Source of the DNA: Balanoglossus misakiensis
Taxonomy: Eukaryota; Animalia; Hemichordata
Assembly: GCA_040954595.2 (NCBI GenBank)
Contig: CM082597.2
Span: 1,656,886-1,720,885 of the forward strand
DNA length: 64,000 nucleotides
Reading direction: 5' to 3'
Below are positions 48,401 through 61,700 of this stretch, piece after piece. Under the pieces are notes generated by a model, which was given only the letters and a program-made list of their open reading frames with translations, ran no database searches and was not told the DNA's origin. Position 1 is the stretch's first letter, and each line of letters opens with the position of its first letter. A program made the position numbers and the translations under genes.

Positions 48401-51400
48401 ATATATCATGCCTCACAGGGCATTTTTGCATTTATTGCTAGAAGAGGAAAACTTTATCACCAGCTGAGCGATTTTTCTTTGCTTGCAGGGCACATTATCT
48501 TGTCATAATTTACTGATGAGTTTTCTGATACGAGAAAGTGGACAAGGACGCGGTCTGAATTAGTTGACACGACAGCTAGAACTTACGTAAAATCTATAAA
48601 CAGCTTTCCACATAATAATTACTCTGGGGGTAAAAGCTTCTGAATCGTGCAATCTATTCTTAAGTCGCGGCGGAAACCGGATTCATAAAACCGTGACTGT
48701 ATTCTTTTAGAATAGTGGTTATACGAAACGGTTATATGACGATTATTAAACCTTATAGTCACCTACGCCAAACCAAGATTTTCATCGGGTGGCCACGTGT
48801 AAACAGAGCGCCGCCACTCGAATTATACACATGTGATTGTCTTTTAATGTTTAATATACATACAAGAATTATTTGATGTCACAGGTTCCAGTGACGTTCG
48901 AGTAGTCTGAAATGTTATTAGCCGGTTTACTTTCTGTAGTCTGTCGCCCACACGATATGCAAATAAACAGAGTTACCTGTACTTTCGTTCATAAATCCTG
49001 TCGACTCTGGAAATTTAAGACGCTTTTCAGTCGTGAATGTCAATCAGTATATCTCAGTAAATCTCATGGATATGCAATTTTGATATATTTTAATGACGAG
49101 CCCTCCGGTCTGTGATTGTTTCCCAGTGATATCCAAGTCGAATCACGTGATCAGACAACGCCATATTTGATATGGCCGCAGTACATTCGAGAGGGTTTAC
49201 TTTCTTCCTATATAAAGTGCAGAGATCCCGTCCGCGTGTGAACTACCTGCTGCACTCTCATTAGTCCTAATTCTTTAAATTGCAATCTTCCTCCCCATTT
49301 AGAAGCATTCTTTATTTAGCGTCGTCTTGGGCAATAATAGGGCGCACTTTCTCGTGCGGAATCCTCTTAGCAAGTATCCGTGTTTTAAGGCATTTCCTTG
49401 AGGGCCTAGAGCGCTGTTATAACGGCCCTAAAAGCCTTTGAGTGCCCTACACCTTCCCCTCTCTTAACGATAATTTACAGAAAGTGAGACGGCCGTTCGT
49501 GATCTCATATCGAAACTACGCTTCTCAACACGCACAAAAGATCCTAAGGGATTTAATTTGAGACTGGCATTGTCACATATTTTCGCTTGAAAACGAGCTG
49601 CTAAAACATGCATTAAGAATATGTCAGTCTTAAACTCGTGTTATAATGATGACATGATCCCTTACTATTTTGATTTTTTTCAAACAACTTCGATGTATAT
49701 ATTCGGAATTGCATAAAACCTGTGCACAATGTAATACAGCGGATTTCTTGCTTCGGGCGTATCTTGTTGTTTTGTCCCTGTGTCTGTGTGGCATTGATGG
49801 AAAGCGACAAGTTTCGTAACCAAGGAAGTTGAGAATTGCACAAATCAAATGGCTAGCGAAGGCGCCGTCATGATGTGATCCTGTTTGTGATCGCCTGCCC
49901 ATTTGTGGATTCTCTTGTGAGTTAATCGCGGCTTGTTTTTCGAAATAATGTACCCAGGACAATTGTGAAATTGTTCAATTATAGCCGATGAAATCCGGTA
50001 ATCAGTTTTAAAAAGGTGTTGCTCATGCGCACAACTCTCGCCTAATTTGAGTCTTGGTCAGTTTCGCGAAGCTAGGAGGTACACTCGTGACGTCACAAAG
50101 AGCCCCACGGGTAAACTCAGATCCGTTACCTAGCGACGGTGATACTACGCTGCCGTGGTAAGACGTGTGCGTTGGAGGCGTTTTATTTCTACATTCTCCG
50201 GTGAGCGCGTAAACAACTGTGGTGAATTTTTGCTGCCGTGTTACCCCAAAACAAGACTTTAAATTCGAAACCTACCGACTACGACTTCAGTTATACATGT
50301 CAGGAATGGAGGATATAGATATCGCGCTTTAATGTCCCCAACGACAAAATTACATGGATCGGAATGAAGGTATGTTTTACCGCTATCGGCCCCTTTCTAA
50401 ATTGTATTGTTTTCTCTCTCATTATCCAAACATTCATAATCTGGCTGTCTAAGACGGAAGGGTACTGAACTCGGTTATCGGCGGCAGTTGTGTCGAACGT
50501 GTGTCGTAGTCTTGCATTGGTGATGTGGTAAAATGTTTAAAAGGTGAAAAATATAGTGTCCTGTCACGGTCCGTTCTCAATGCATGTATGTTGAGCGGAC
50601 AGCTTTGAAACACGTTCCCCGCACACCGATTCATGTCGGTTTTTTGACGTATGGTTCTACTGCCATCAATGTGTTTTGCTGAGCAATATCGTCAACACGA
50701 ATGTTCCAGATCCTCGCTTCTCTCCGCCCCCGAGCCAGCAATCTTTGTCTCCCGATTGTGCGATATTTGTGCTTCCAATGTCTATCAAGTGTTTGCCAGT
50801 CGTAGTCGACGACGGAAACGAACGCAGCTGCAAATGATGCCTTCTGAGTTTTGCTTGGTACTTTCCCGCGAATTCGTCGTTTCGGAATTCGACACGACTG
50901 ATTCCACACTGAATGTATAGCAACAGGGACGGAGTTCAATACTCCGTGTCTCCTATCATTGAGTGAGTGACATGTACTATGTGAGCTGAAACATAAGCGA
51001 TTTAGTGTGTGTATGGCATTCTTACATCCTTTCGGAATCTCTCTCTCTCTCTCTCCCTTTCTCGCTCTCTGAGTCTCTCATAAATTTGCATAATTTGGTT
51101 GCCATGTGGGTATACTGACGATCCCAACCATGATGCGCGCAAGTCTGTGAGCATTGCGAATATTTTGTCCGGGTCTGCAATACAGAGAAAGAATACGATT
51201 TAATGGTACCATTAAAATCTAGTGTATTATTTATACACCATCCTATACATACCTCCTTACAACGCCATTATGGTATGCAACCCGTATCCGATAACTCCAT
51301 GAGAACAATAGAATCATTAGCTTAACAAAGAACAACCACCCTCATTTTTCAAGTAGTCATTATTACACACTAGCACATTCCCGAGGAGAGCCCTCACACA

Positions 51401-52786
51401 GATTTGCGATACAAACAACCCCCATATTTTATAAAATAGAACATCTGGACAACATAATAGCCGTACAACTGCTGTTGCTTACATTTTTTATGTAAATTTG
51501 CAACCGTTCTGTGTCGTGAAACCCGTTGTTGTGCGAGCATAGGTCTCGGAAACGTGTAATGTGCCTATACTATAATATTACTGCTTCTTCCATAGTAACG
51601 AAACTTAGACATTCGAGTTTTCTCATATACGTAAACACCGCATCAAAATTAAATTTGGTATCCGGTAAAGAGATAAAAGAAAAACAAAACAATAATATCA
51701 AAAACAACAGCAAAACTGACGGATGTCAAAGTCCAAAATTGTAGTCGTTCTCCATTTTTCTGCTGCGCGGTTGTCTTTCATATAATGCAGACAATACATT
51801 GCAACATGATATTCAAACTGTGATATCAGTTATTGTCGAGGACACTCGCGTGATCGAGGTGTACTGGGCGCGTGACCGTAGACGTTGTTTGAACTACCGA
51901 CGTCGATATGGGTAAATTTTGGCTGCTTTTGTCTGTGAGAAAAATATCTAACCACTTTCTGTTTCCCTCAAAAGGATATGCTTGCTTCTGAAACCTTCAA
52001 AGCACCAAACACGTTCTCTGCACTGTGAGATGCGACTGCGTCATTCCTTTCGAAGTACGGAGTTTTAATCGTTCTATCGGTTGCACATTTTCGCACTCAA
52101 AGACAAATCCGGGAGAGAAAAAAACTCGACGGAGATTTGATCAGCGAAAGTTATCTCCATTTCTGCTTACGTAACATCGGTTGTCTTTGCAAGCACCGTA
52201 AACGTATCGCTAAAATATTATTCGGGAGACTGAATCTCTCAATTGTTCGCCATGGCAACACTATCTTTACCATTACATGGCCATTACAGCACATCAATTC
52301 ACATACACGTGAAGATTGAAGGAATGCGAGTCGAAGTGTGTTCTATACTTTTACCGAACATTGTACTGGGCGGGTAAACCTGGCTTCTGAATGCCTGTGT
52401 ACGCGTGTGCGCGGCCGTACATCTGTGCAACGACACACATATGACGTAACACACCGGCATGTGACGTAACGCATATGTAAGTAATATACGGGTTGTGAGA
52501 CAATGCGTGTAGGAGAGAGTATGCCACTTTGATTTATCTGCTCGGATTCTGAAGGGCTGTGTCGCTGCGCCAAGAGGTCCCCTTAATCTGTTGTCATCAT
52601 CTTCCATTCGAGTACGTGTTAATAATTTCTCCATGTCTTCGTGCCCTGAAAATGAGCATGGCGTCAAGAGTGCCACTTCCTTTCTTAGAAAGTGACAAAA
52701 AGTGACGTTGAGATCAGGATTTGCATACGAAATGGTTAATGACCCTGTGTGGTAACACGTTTCTGTTTTTTTTCTCTCAACAGGTG

Positions 52787-55700
52787 ATGTTGGTCTGGCT
52801 GTGTGGTGTGCTTGTGGCATACTGGATATCACCAGTTTCACCAGGTGAGTCGATGATAGTCGTTAACTATTTGAACACCGGCGCGCTCTGGCGAGGGTAT
52901 TGCCCTCGAACAGTCATCATTGCAAAGGTTAATTAGTCTAGGCCACTGTGCGTTTCCCCGCTATAGGGTAGGAAAGCAAGCGTTACTGAAGAAACATGCA
53001 CCCAATATGGCCGCCGATTCCTTATCCAATCCAATATGGCCGCCGATTATCCAATCCAATATGGCCGCCGATTGGCCAGGATGGTTTAGAGTAGTTTTTT
53101 TTTAATTTATGTGTAACATAATTTTGTTTCAATATGCGTCGCAATTGAACAACACAGTTTACAAAATAACTCAATAGACACGTGACGTATTTTTTTAGAA
53201 ACTAGATCAACTGGGTCACGAATTTTAAATTTAATTATCTGTGCTAAATAAAAAATAAAATAACTAGATGAGTGTCTCCCCACGTGGCTCGGAAGATTTC
53301 ATATCTCAGAAAGTCCTCGAAACTCATTCAATAACAGCACGCTGACAGATGATGAAAATACTAATAATGTAATAAAACCTTGTTTGCCGAAAGTGATTGT
53401 GGCAGAGTAGATCCACAGCTATACAATGGTGCATTTTCTGTGAAAATCTGCAAATATTAAATGATTATGGATATTGAAACTAATTTAATAAGGCCTCTAC
53501 GCTTAGAAGAGATTGTGCTATGACCCCCCCCCCCCCCCCCTTCGGACGTTACTTTAATCAATTTAAGAAGTCGTAAGCATGTTCGCCAATTTATGATGAA
53601 ACTTGTGCTAGCCAAGCAGTGCGTGTTTCTGCAATTTTTGTCCGCGTGTGTATATACAGTTACGCGGACGTCAGTGATTAGCGTACGCGTTGTCATGGTG
53701 CCAGCACTTTAGGTTTGTCACTATGACTACAGCGCCGTATTCGTATTACACGCGCGTCAACGGGGGAAATTTCTTTCCCGCAATAGCGGTGCTCGTTACG
53801 CAAGTTCCCGACAGGAAAAAAGTAATGATCGCTTTTGCAGTTTATTGAAAACAGGAATTCTCAATTCATGATTATTTCACTCTGATCGTACAATCAAATC
53901 CCCACATTTCATAATGTAACAATAATTGAGATATTTTTACCTATTTTATGTCTGACGTAACGTATCAGCTAGGCGTCGCCCTGCAAATTAACATAATATT
54001 TAATTTTTTTATCACAAATTAAAGTTTGTCTTTTGAACAATTGGTCATTCGATCTCAAGACGTTTCTATGGCGTCTTATCCGCTGTCATCGTTTCAGGGA
54101 TACCTAATATGGTAGATGAAAATGATATCTGAGATTTTCACTCTTTTGATAATTTAAAAAAAAAATCTTCCGTTTCTTCGTTCATTCTTTGAGCACCATC
54201 TCTTTGGTTATTCAACTGAAGGCTTCACACTGTTGACGTCAAATATTGTCCACCCTGGGGGTGTATATGTATGCGGCTTCTTGTTACCTTTCCTGGAAAG
54301 CCGCCTATAGAGGCTCGATGTTTCTTTATCATCGTTTGATTCTCCATGGGTGCATTATAAGATGCAGTACATTCATGGACACGCTAGTACATTGTGGCAT
54401 TTTAGAAATCTTTTATATTCTAACCGAGCTCTCCTAACGACGGTTACCGCGTGTCGTTCCCAACACAAAACCGCGGCAGTAATTTGTGGACAAGATGGAG
54501 GCCGGGTAGCCGACAGTCTTTGTCTCCTTCGTCTAGCTTTCTTTAAAGCAAGTCACATTTCTGTTTTTTTAGCGTTGAATGGTGGATTCGTGACATGTCT
54601 CGTTGGTATTGTCGATTCACGTGGGTGAGTGAGTGAGTGAATGAATGAATGAATGAATGAATGAACGAACGAACGAACGAACGACGTAAGAACTAAGTGT
54701 CCAACTGCTCTCTCAGCTGTGCCGAGCGCCCAGCTGTCTGATAAACTGACCGATATAGAGATCACCTAACCCGCCGATATATAAACCGTTCATTCACTGA
54801 TCGATGAACCGGACGGCCTTGAGAACGAAGGCTAATTTAATTTAATATAACTTTTCACTCCTTCCGCTCGATTCACGCTATTTCATAGGTAATTAGGTCT
54901 CCTTTTTATTAAAGGAAAAAAGTCTTCCCGAACAAGATTAATAGACTGACATTATTAAACCAATAAAATATAGTTACTTTATAGCCATGTCCATACTAGA
55001 TACAGATTAATCAAATACAGAAACTGATTTACCCTGGAACACATGTGTCCTTGTTTTTCAGAGATGCAATTATAACCCCATTGAAATCAATTATTAGCCA
55101 CAAATTAGGTTCTTAATATTTTCTTCCCTAAACCCAGATGCTGTATCGCTGATATTAAACACGATATATAAGCTGATTTGAAAATCACAAATGAGAACGT
55201 TTGCACGACTGAAACAACGAGATATCGTGAGATTTCACGTGAGCTCGAGCGTGATTTTAAATCTCTCGGTTGTACGGACTCCCTATTATCCCAGAAAAAA
55301 AAACGATTCTCAGATAAGCGATCTTTGCCAGACAGAAATTTACAACGAGATATGGACTTTATACAGATAGTTGGCGAAGACTAAAAACTTCGTTATCGCG
55401 AGACTTTCGATGCCTCCGGCAAGGCAAAGTTTTGGCACGACTCACTGATGTCAATGATGTTAACCGTTTACTTGGTGATATGGAGGAACTAGCCACATCT
55501 GGAGGCCTTCAAAAACGCATCAGGAAATTTTAAAATCTATTTCGATAAGACTCATTTCCGAGTTAATTCCAAGAAAAAGCCCTTTCAAAACCACCTTTTC
55601 GTGACCCAATGGTCCATAGATTCACTCACAATACGATATCCTAAAAGGGATGTAGCAACTGAGTCTCAGATTGTTTCCATTGTTTTAGAAAACGACAAAC

Positions 55701-58700
55701 GAGTTTTAGATGGTCATTCGTCAGTTTGGCATATATATATATATAACTGTTGTATCGTGCTGTACGAAAACACGATTCTAAATTTGCACGTTGGCAGTAA
55801 GATACGACAAGATAGCAAGATGATATTCGAAGTGGTACATCGTTTTCTGGTTAGTAGAGCAAGCCAATAAGAGCAGTGTACGTCATGTACCTCGTGATTG
55901 ATGATGCCAGGTCAAAAATATTGCCTATCACAACATTTCACACAAAGCCGAAGCTGCTCTTAAACATTTACACTCTCAGATTAAACACTGAATAATTAAT
56001 AGCCTTGTTTTGTGTTTGACCCATGGACCTCAATTCGAACAGCTCGGCGCGCCTCGTTGCATGCAGAGGGCGAACTCGATTCATCGGTGAGGGGACGACC
56101 AGATCTGTTGAGTAATTTCGTGCAGTCTTTTTCACAGGAGTCAAGAGTAGGCGACCTCACCGCCACTCGTTAAGTCCAACTTAATTGTTCATTCGGCGAG
56201 ATGTTTGCTTCGGTGATTGTAACGTTCCTCGAAAAGAGTCACTTCATACTGTTTTGTGTGAATGCATGTTTTTCTTCCCAATTAACGGGCACATCTTGAA
56301 GGAGAACGTGAATGGTCTGTGGTCTTGCCAGCTCGCTTTGTAAAGCACTTAGAACTGTCGCTTTTTTCATCAAGAGCATCTCTACACGCTACGCGTCATT
56401 GACGTATAGAAAACGGTGTTACACCAAGGATCCTAAGCTTCATTGAAGGTTAGAATCGTTTGGAATATGGCGTCTGAAATGCCTGGGTAGAATATTTTCT
56501 GAGTAGAACATTTTCTTAAATATTTAATCAAATATATTAAGACATATTGAGACTGTTCTGACTATGACGTTAATCTATGCCTGACCCTGAGATAATTGTG
56601 TTTGCGCCGAATGCTATAAACCCAGCCAAAACAAGTTCTAATATCGCACAAGAAACGGAAAATTGACTATTACGGTCCTTGATTGAAGCCTACTTTAGTT
56701 TGTCCATTATCAGCCGTGTTCAAAATCTACTTTGCCTCATCTCTTTGAGCCTGATAATTGCTGGTGAATGTAGTGAACGGGGGACAAAGCGCGCGTCCGT
56801 CGCCATGCCTACCGCGTCCTACAGTTATAATGTTTAGTCAGCAATAGTGCCAATAGCCTGTTCTGAGTACGAGTTTTCGATTACCTGCTTAATGTGAATG
56901 TTTACAGTGTTTTCCTGTCAGCTGTGAAGTGCCTTGTTGACGTAAACTACTTATACATATGAACAACGTTTTCTCCCGATGCCCCCTCGAGAGTGATTTT
57001 GCATATATATGAATTGTGCATCAACACCCACACACTGGTTCTTAAAGCTGAATATGTACTATAAATCATCGAATTCGCGCCAACAAGATTACAGTGAGAA
57101 TTAACAAAAAGAAATACCCCAATGATTCTTCTATTTTTATTATGTTTGTTTTGAAGGCACTCATCTGCATATAGAGTATTGGCAATCGCAAATCAATTGT
57201 CAACAAAAAATGTAATTATTTCTTGTGATTTACTACATGTTGATAATTATACTTGAGACCGGACTTGATTGTTTTTCTTCAACAATATCGCAAACTATGA
57301 AGTATGTTATGGCAAGCTGAATACTGGATTGGTTGAAGCAAGCGCAGAAAAAGAACAAGACATGCGCAGTAACTCTCGTTTAGGTTGTAGTGTGTTATTT
57401 TTGTTTGGTCGTATCGAAGGAGGGGTCGACGACAGCGACCGTGTCTGTCAACGCAAATCAGACCCCACACCCACTGTTCCCAATCTATAATCCGTTCAAA
57501 CATTTAGCAATGATAGCTGACAGAGCAATAAATCTTTGCCAAGCTTTCTATAAAGCGTTTAGTTTGGATCAAAGAATGCCTTTTGGAATATCGCAAGAAA
57601 TCAATATACTTTTACGCAGTCAGCTGTCAGCCTGATAACATATTCGCGCTGTTGTTCGCAATTGCGCACATTCCAGGTGATGGCTGTCGGAAAATCGATA
57701 ACCCTTTTCACACCCTCTTGTCAATTTTCTTTTTTCCCGCCTTTTGGACTCTTCCGTGTATGCAGGTGGCGCAGATAATGACTCACCCAGACGATTCCAT
57801 GTTGGATTTTTAAGTAAAGCTCGCGTTTATTCTGGCATAAAGGATAAATTTAACTGTGTCGCTAGATTCGAGTTACATATATTTAGGAATGAAAAGGTAT
57901 ATTTTATATCCAGCGTGGGAGTGTAATGCCTTTGGTCTTTAGATGGATGAATTTTGCAGGCGAATCATATGTCGAGTTTTTCTGTTGTGTCCGTCTACTC
58001 GAAATGTCAAAGTTGCACCATCTGATAATTGATGTGCAATAAACAACATTAACGCAAGGCAAGCGCGACCGAATACTGCCTACCAGATATTTCGTGACAC
58101 GCTCTCCTTGTAGATGGGGAATATATAGGTGTCCTTAGCAATTCAGTAACAGTAACCCGCAAGTAATTACCACTCATCCGATAGAGGCATTTTTTTCATT
58201 GCGTTAACACTCACGCAAATGAAAGTTGGTGACACGCACGCTCGAGGCGTTAATATTTGTCGAGTTTATTTTGGAAGATCGAATGCTCCTTGAAAAGGGT
58301 TCACATTATGAATCGCGTTTCACGAGGATTTTGACATCCATTCCATCAGTGAATAAAGTCCTTAGGGCAGTTTGCAAGGTCGGAAATTGAAATATTAACC
58401 TTTTTGCTCACGCACTTTGATAAGGTATGTGTTAAGCTGTCAAAACCGGGTCCGGGTCAGTTCTGTTGTTTGGGGATGAGGAACTAAAATACAATCAAAT
58501 ATACTGCTATTTAACATTTAAAGTAGACGCCAAACGATGCGCTAAGTCTGAGAATCCCCCCCCCCCTCCAAGTGCATTGTGCCTTTCAAGGGCTTTTTAT
58601 CTGTACTCGGGGTGCACTGTGCCTTGTATCCCGTTTCCGACCCCCAACTTCCCATAAACCTCACGTACAGGACATCTACACACCTTCAGAGCACGTACAT

Positions 58701-61700
58701 GGACATATTATCAATGCAATGCACGTATGTTTTGCGTTGGCAAATATAGACTTCATCACGCTAGGTGACTTTGTTTTACAGTTGCTAACGACAACCACCG
58801 GCCATACTGTTTAGATGGTGTTTCTTTTCGTAAGAAGAATGGATAGAGTCTTCTTCGGCTATAAGATGGTGTCAATAAGTGTATGTGAACTTACGTTTAC
58901 ACATTGAAAACAATTATGTGTTGCGGCATTCAAGAAAAAATCGATTCAAAAACAATTTTCTTTGTAGCGAAACCTAATCCACAGTTCATTGAAAACTCTA
59001 TACCATGAAGGTAATCAATTTTCGCCCTAATGCACAAAACCGCATTTCTGAATGCCGGTTGGCGTTCGCCATTGTGAAGTCTAAACTGAGCAAAACCACT
59101 GTGTGTGAAACTCGTCCCAAAATCAATCGGTTGACGGAGGGATGTGAACACATCCGGGGAGTTTAGCGATCTCATGGAGTAAGTGTGTGTATATTGTCAG
59201 TTGCCAGGGTAACAGTTAACTAATCAGTCAAAATATCCGGAAATTCACGTTCATACATAAAATTGTTTCCGTTCATATAATAGAAACTGGTGCCGTGATG
59301 AGAAAGCCGATGATTTCTTTATTTGAAAACATGCCGCAAATATTTATCGGGTTCTGAGGCACTTAATAAAAATTCCCTACTCAGTATGGGATTACATGCA
59401 ATCGAATCAAACGACAGCGCATCATCATGCACCTGTTCTTGGACACAAGGTTCTATTTCCGGGCAGTATATTTCTGGATTACAGCACGCAGATGGTGCTC
59501 TGGAAAGTATCGATGAATAATGAGCTGAAACGGTGTTTCCTTGACCGGGAAGTTCTGCTCCTTAACTCGACTGTAAGCCAGAAGGATCTTGAAAGCAGGG
59601 AATTTCTGTTAATGCCGTGTAGCGCGTGACTCGCTATCAAAGACATGCATGTGAGCCCCAAGCTAGATTGCAAAGGACATGCGTCAGCGCTTGTACCATC
59701 AGGAATAGGCTTCTACGTGAAACTAAGTATCACAGACAAAGCGACCACTTCTGAAATGTATACTGTAATTACTGCCAAAACCGTAGTTTAGACACCCATT
59801 GCGATAGTTTCTAGCTTTCCCTGACCAGGACCTGCAGAAGGCGTTTGCACCTGCGCAATAACCCTCTCCCCCGGCTGTCTCAGATCCTGCGCGAAGTACA
59901 ATTCAAGCGTCGAAGTAATCTTCGCAAGTTAAGATCTATGTCCTCGGCCATGGCGACCCCTCGTCTGTCAAAATTCATTAACAACGCGTGTAGCAATTTA
60001 GCATCGGGTGTGATACTAAATGCGTGCGCCTGATACCTGACGACCTCAATTTTGTTTCCGCCGTTTAATACAGCACGTTCGCCATTGTATCCGTCACATT
60101 ACAACTGAAGGACGAAAACGACTAGGATTTACCATTAGTACCAAACATACTTCAATTCCCTTGAGTTTATTTCCATATTGACATGTCTTTCGTCTCATGT
60201 TCTGATCCACCGAGTAAACAAAGTTATAATACTCCAGTGCAATTTCGCAAAGACGATTTTCAAAATTTTAATGGTTAGCACATTCTACTGTTGTGATAAA
60301 TCAACTGTTTCTTTATTGTGTTGCAGTTACAGATGCAAGCACGACGACCCAGTCACCAACAGCAGGTGGCATACTGAACACATGTCCGGAAGAATCGTCG
60401 GAGGGTTATGATTGGCCATCGATATCGGCCGGAACAAATGCAAGCGAGTCCTGCCCAGATGGTTCAGTAGGTGGGTGAAGTCAGCTGATTCATTGTTGTG
60501 ACTTATAGTGTCAGGGTAAATCTCAATGACCCACCATTGTCACTGATATAACATTACGTAATGGTACAATACTTTCCAGATCATTTAACACATAGTCTAC
60601 CAAACATTCAGTCGCCTCTGCATAGCGCCACCTGAACGCAGAGGACGTGGACAGGAAGACACGTTCCGGGCCCTGTACACTGCTCGCCGGATAAAAACCG
60701 CGAAATGCCGGAAAATTATACAATGGACTCATTTGTGGGTATTTGAAAGAGTAATTGAACGTGAGAGTCTCAGGAAACACGTACCGGACCGCTAAATATA
60801 GGACCACTCCATAAAAGCAAACAAATGCTTTCAGCTGTTTCTATTATTGAAAGAAAATCTTGTGCTGATCAAGGTCAGATTATTGATCTGAAAAGTTGTT
60901 TTTTTCCTCCGCTAAAGGTCAAATCACACTTTGACACAGAAAAGACGAAACCAAAGAAAAAGCCTTGGTAATTTGATTTCGCGACGTAGAATTGACACGT
61001 CTGATGGGCGCAAATACTTAGAATGTTATTTGACGGAATATTGTACCATTACTCGCTGCCAATGGATTGTCATGCCATAACCAATCTACGGCGTACAAGA
61101 CATCCGTTTCTGTTTACCTAGAACGGCAAAACACCGCAAAAATAGTTTCACAAACAGGCGGCCGACCACAACCTTCCATCTAGATAAATAATTGTATTAC
61201 AAAGGTCACCCAACAATATCTCCATCCATTAGGACTGATTTATCTTTTAAATCCATATCGTTAATGGGTGCCATTTATATGTTTCGTTTGACTTGCGCAT
61301 ATGTGTACACGCTGGACGGGGTTCAATGATTTTATAAAATTATATAACCAAGAAGCTCAGACTTACAACAGGATCAGATCAGTCTTGAATACAGACAGAT
61401 ATTACAACCACAGTATTTCCTCAAGTGAAAATTGGGGATTAATCTTGTACCAACAGGAGACAACGTTCGCATGTGGCAAAGGGTATAGGGATTACGTCAC
61501 CGGGGGCGTTCTCGTCATCAAATCAAAGCCGCGACTCAACATGCATCTTCCGCGCTAATCGGCTTTCCTCAAGACGCTAAATTTTCTTTCAAAGGGCGAA
61601 GAACATTCATAGTTTCCAACCTAATAGCTACAAAGCAGTGGCACTCATCACACAAAGGCCACAAGAGTTAGACGTATCACTGTGTTTAGTGCCACTTGCG

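Noticed and set aside
43000-50000. Short ORFs in the long intergenic region
   Set aside because: 60-110 aa, mostly non-ATG starts and no motifs; consistent with chance.
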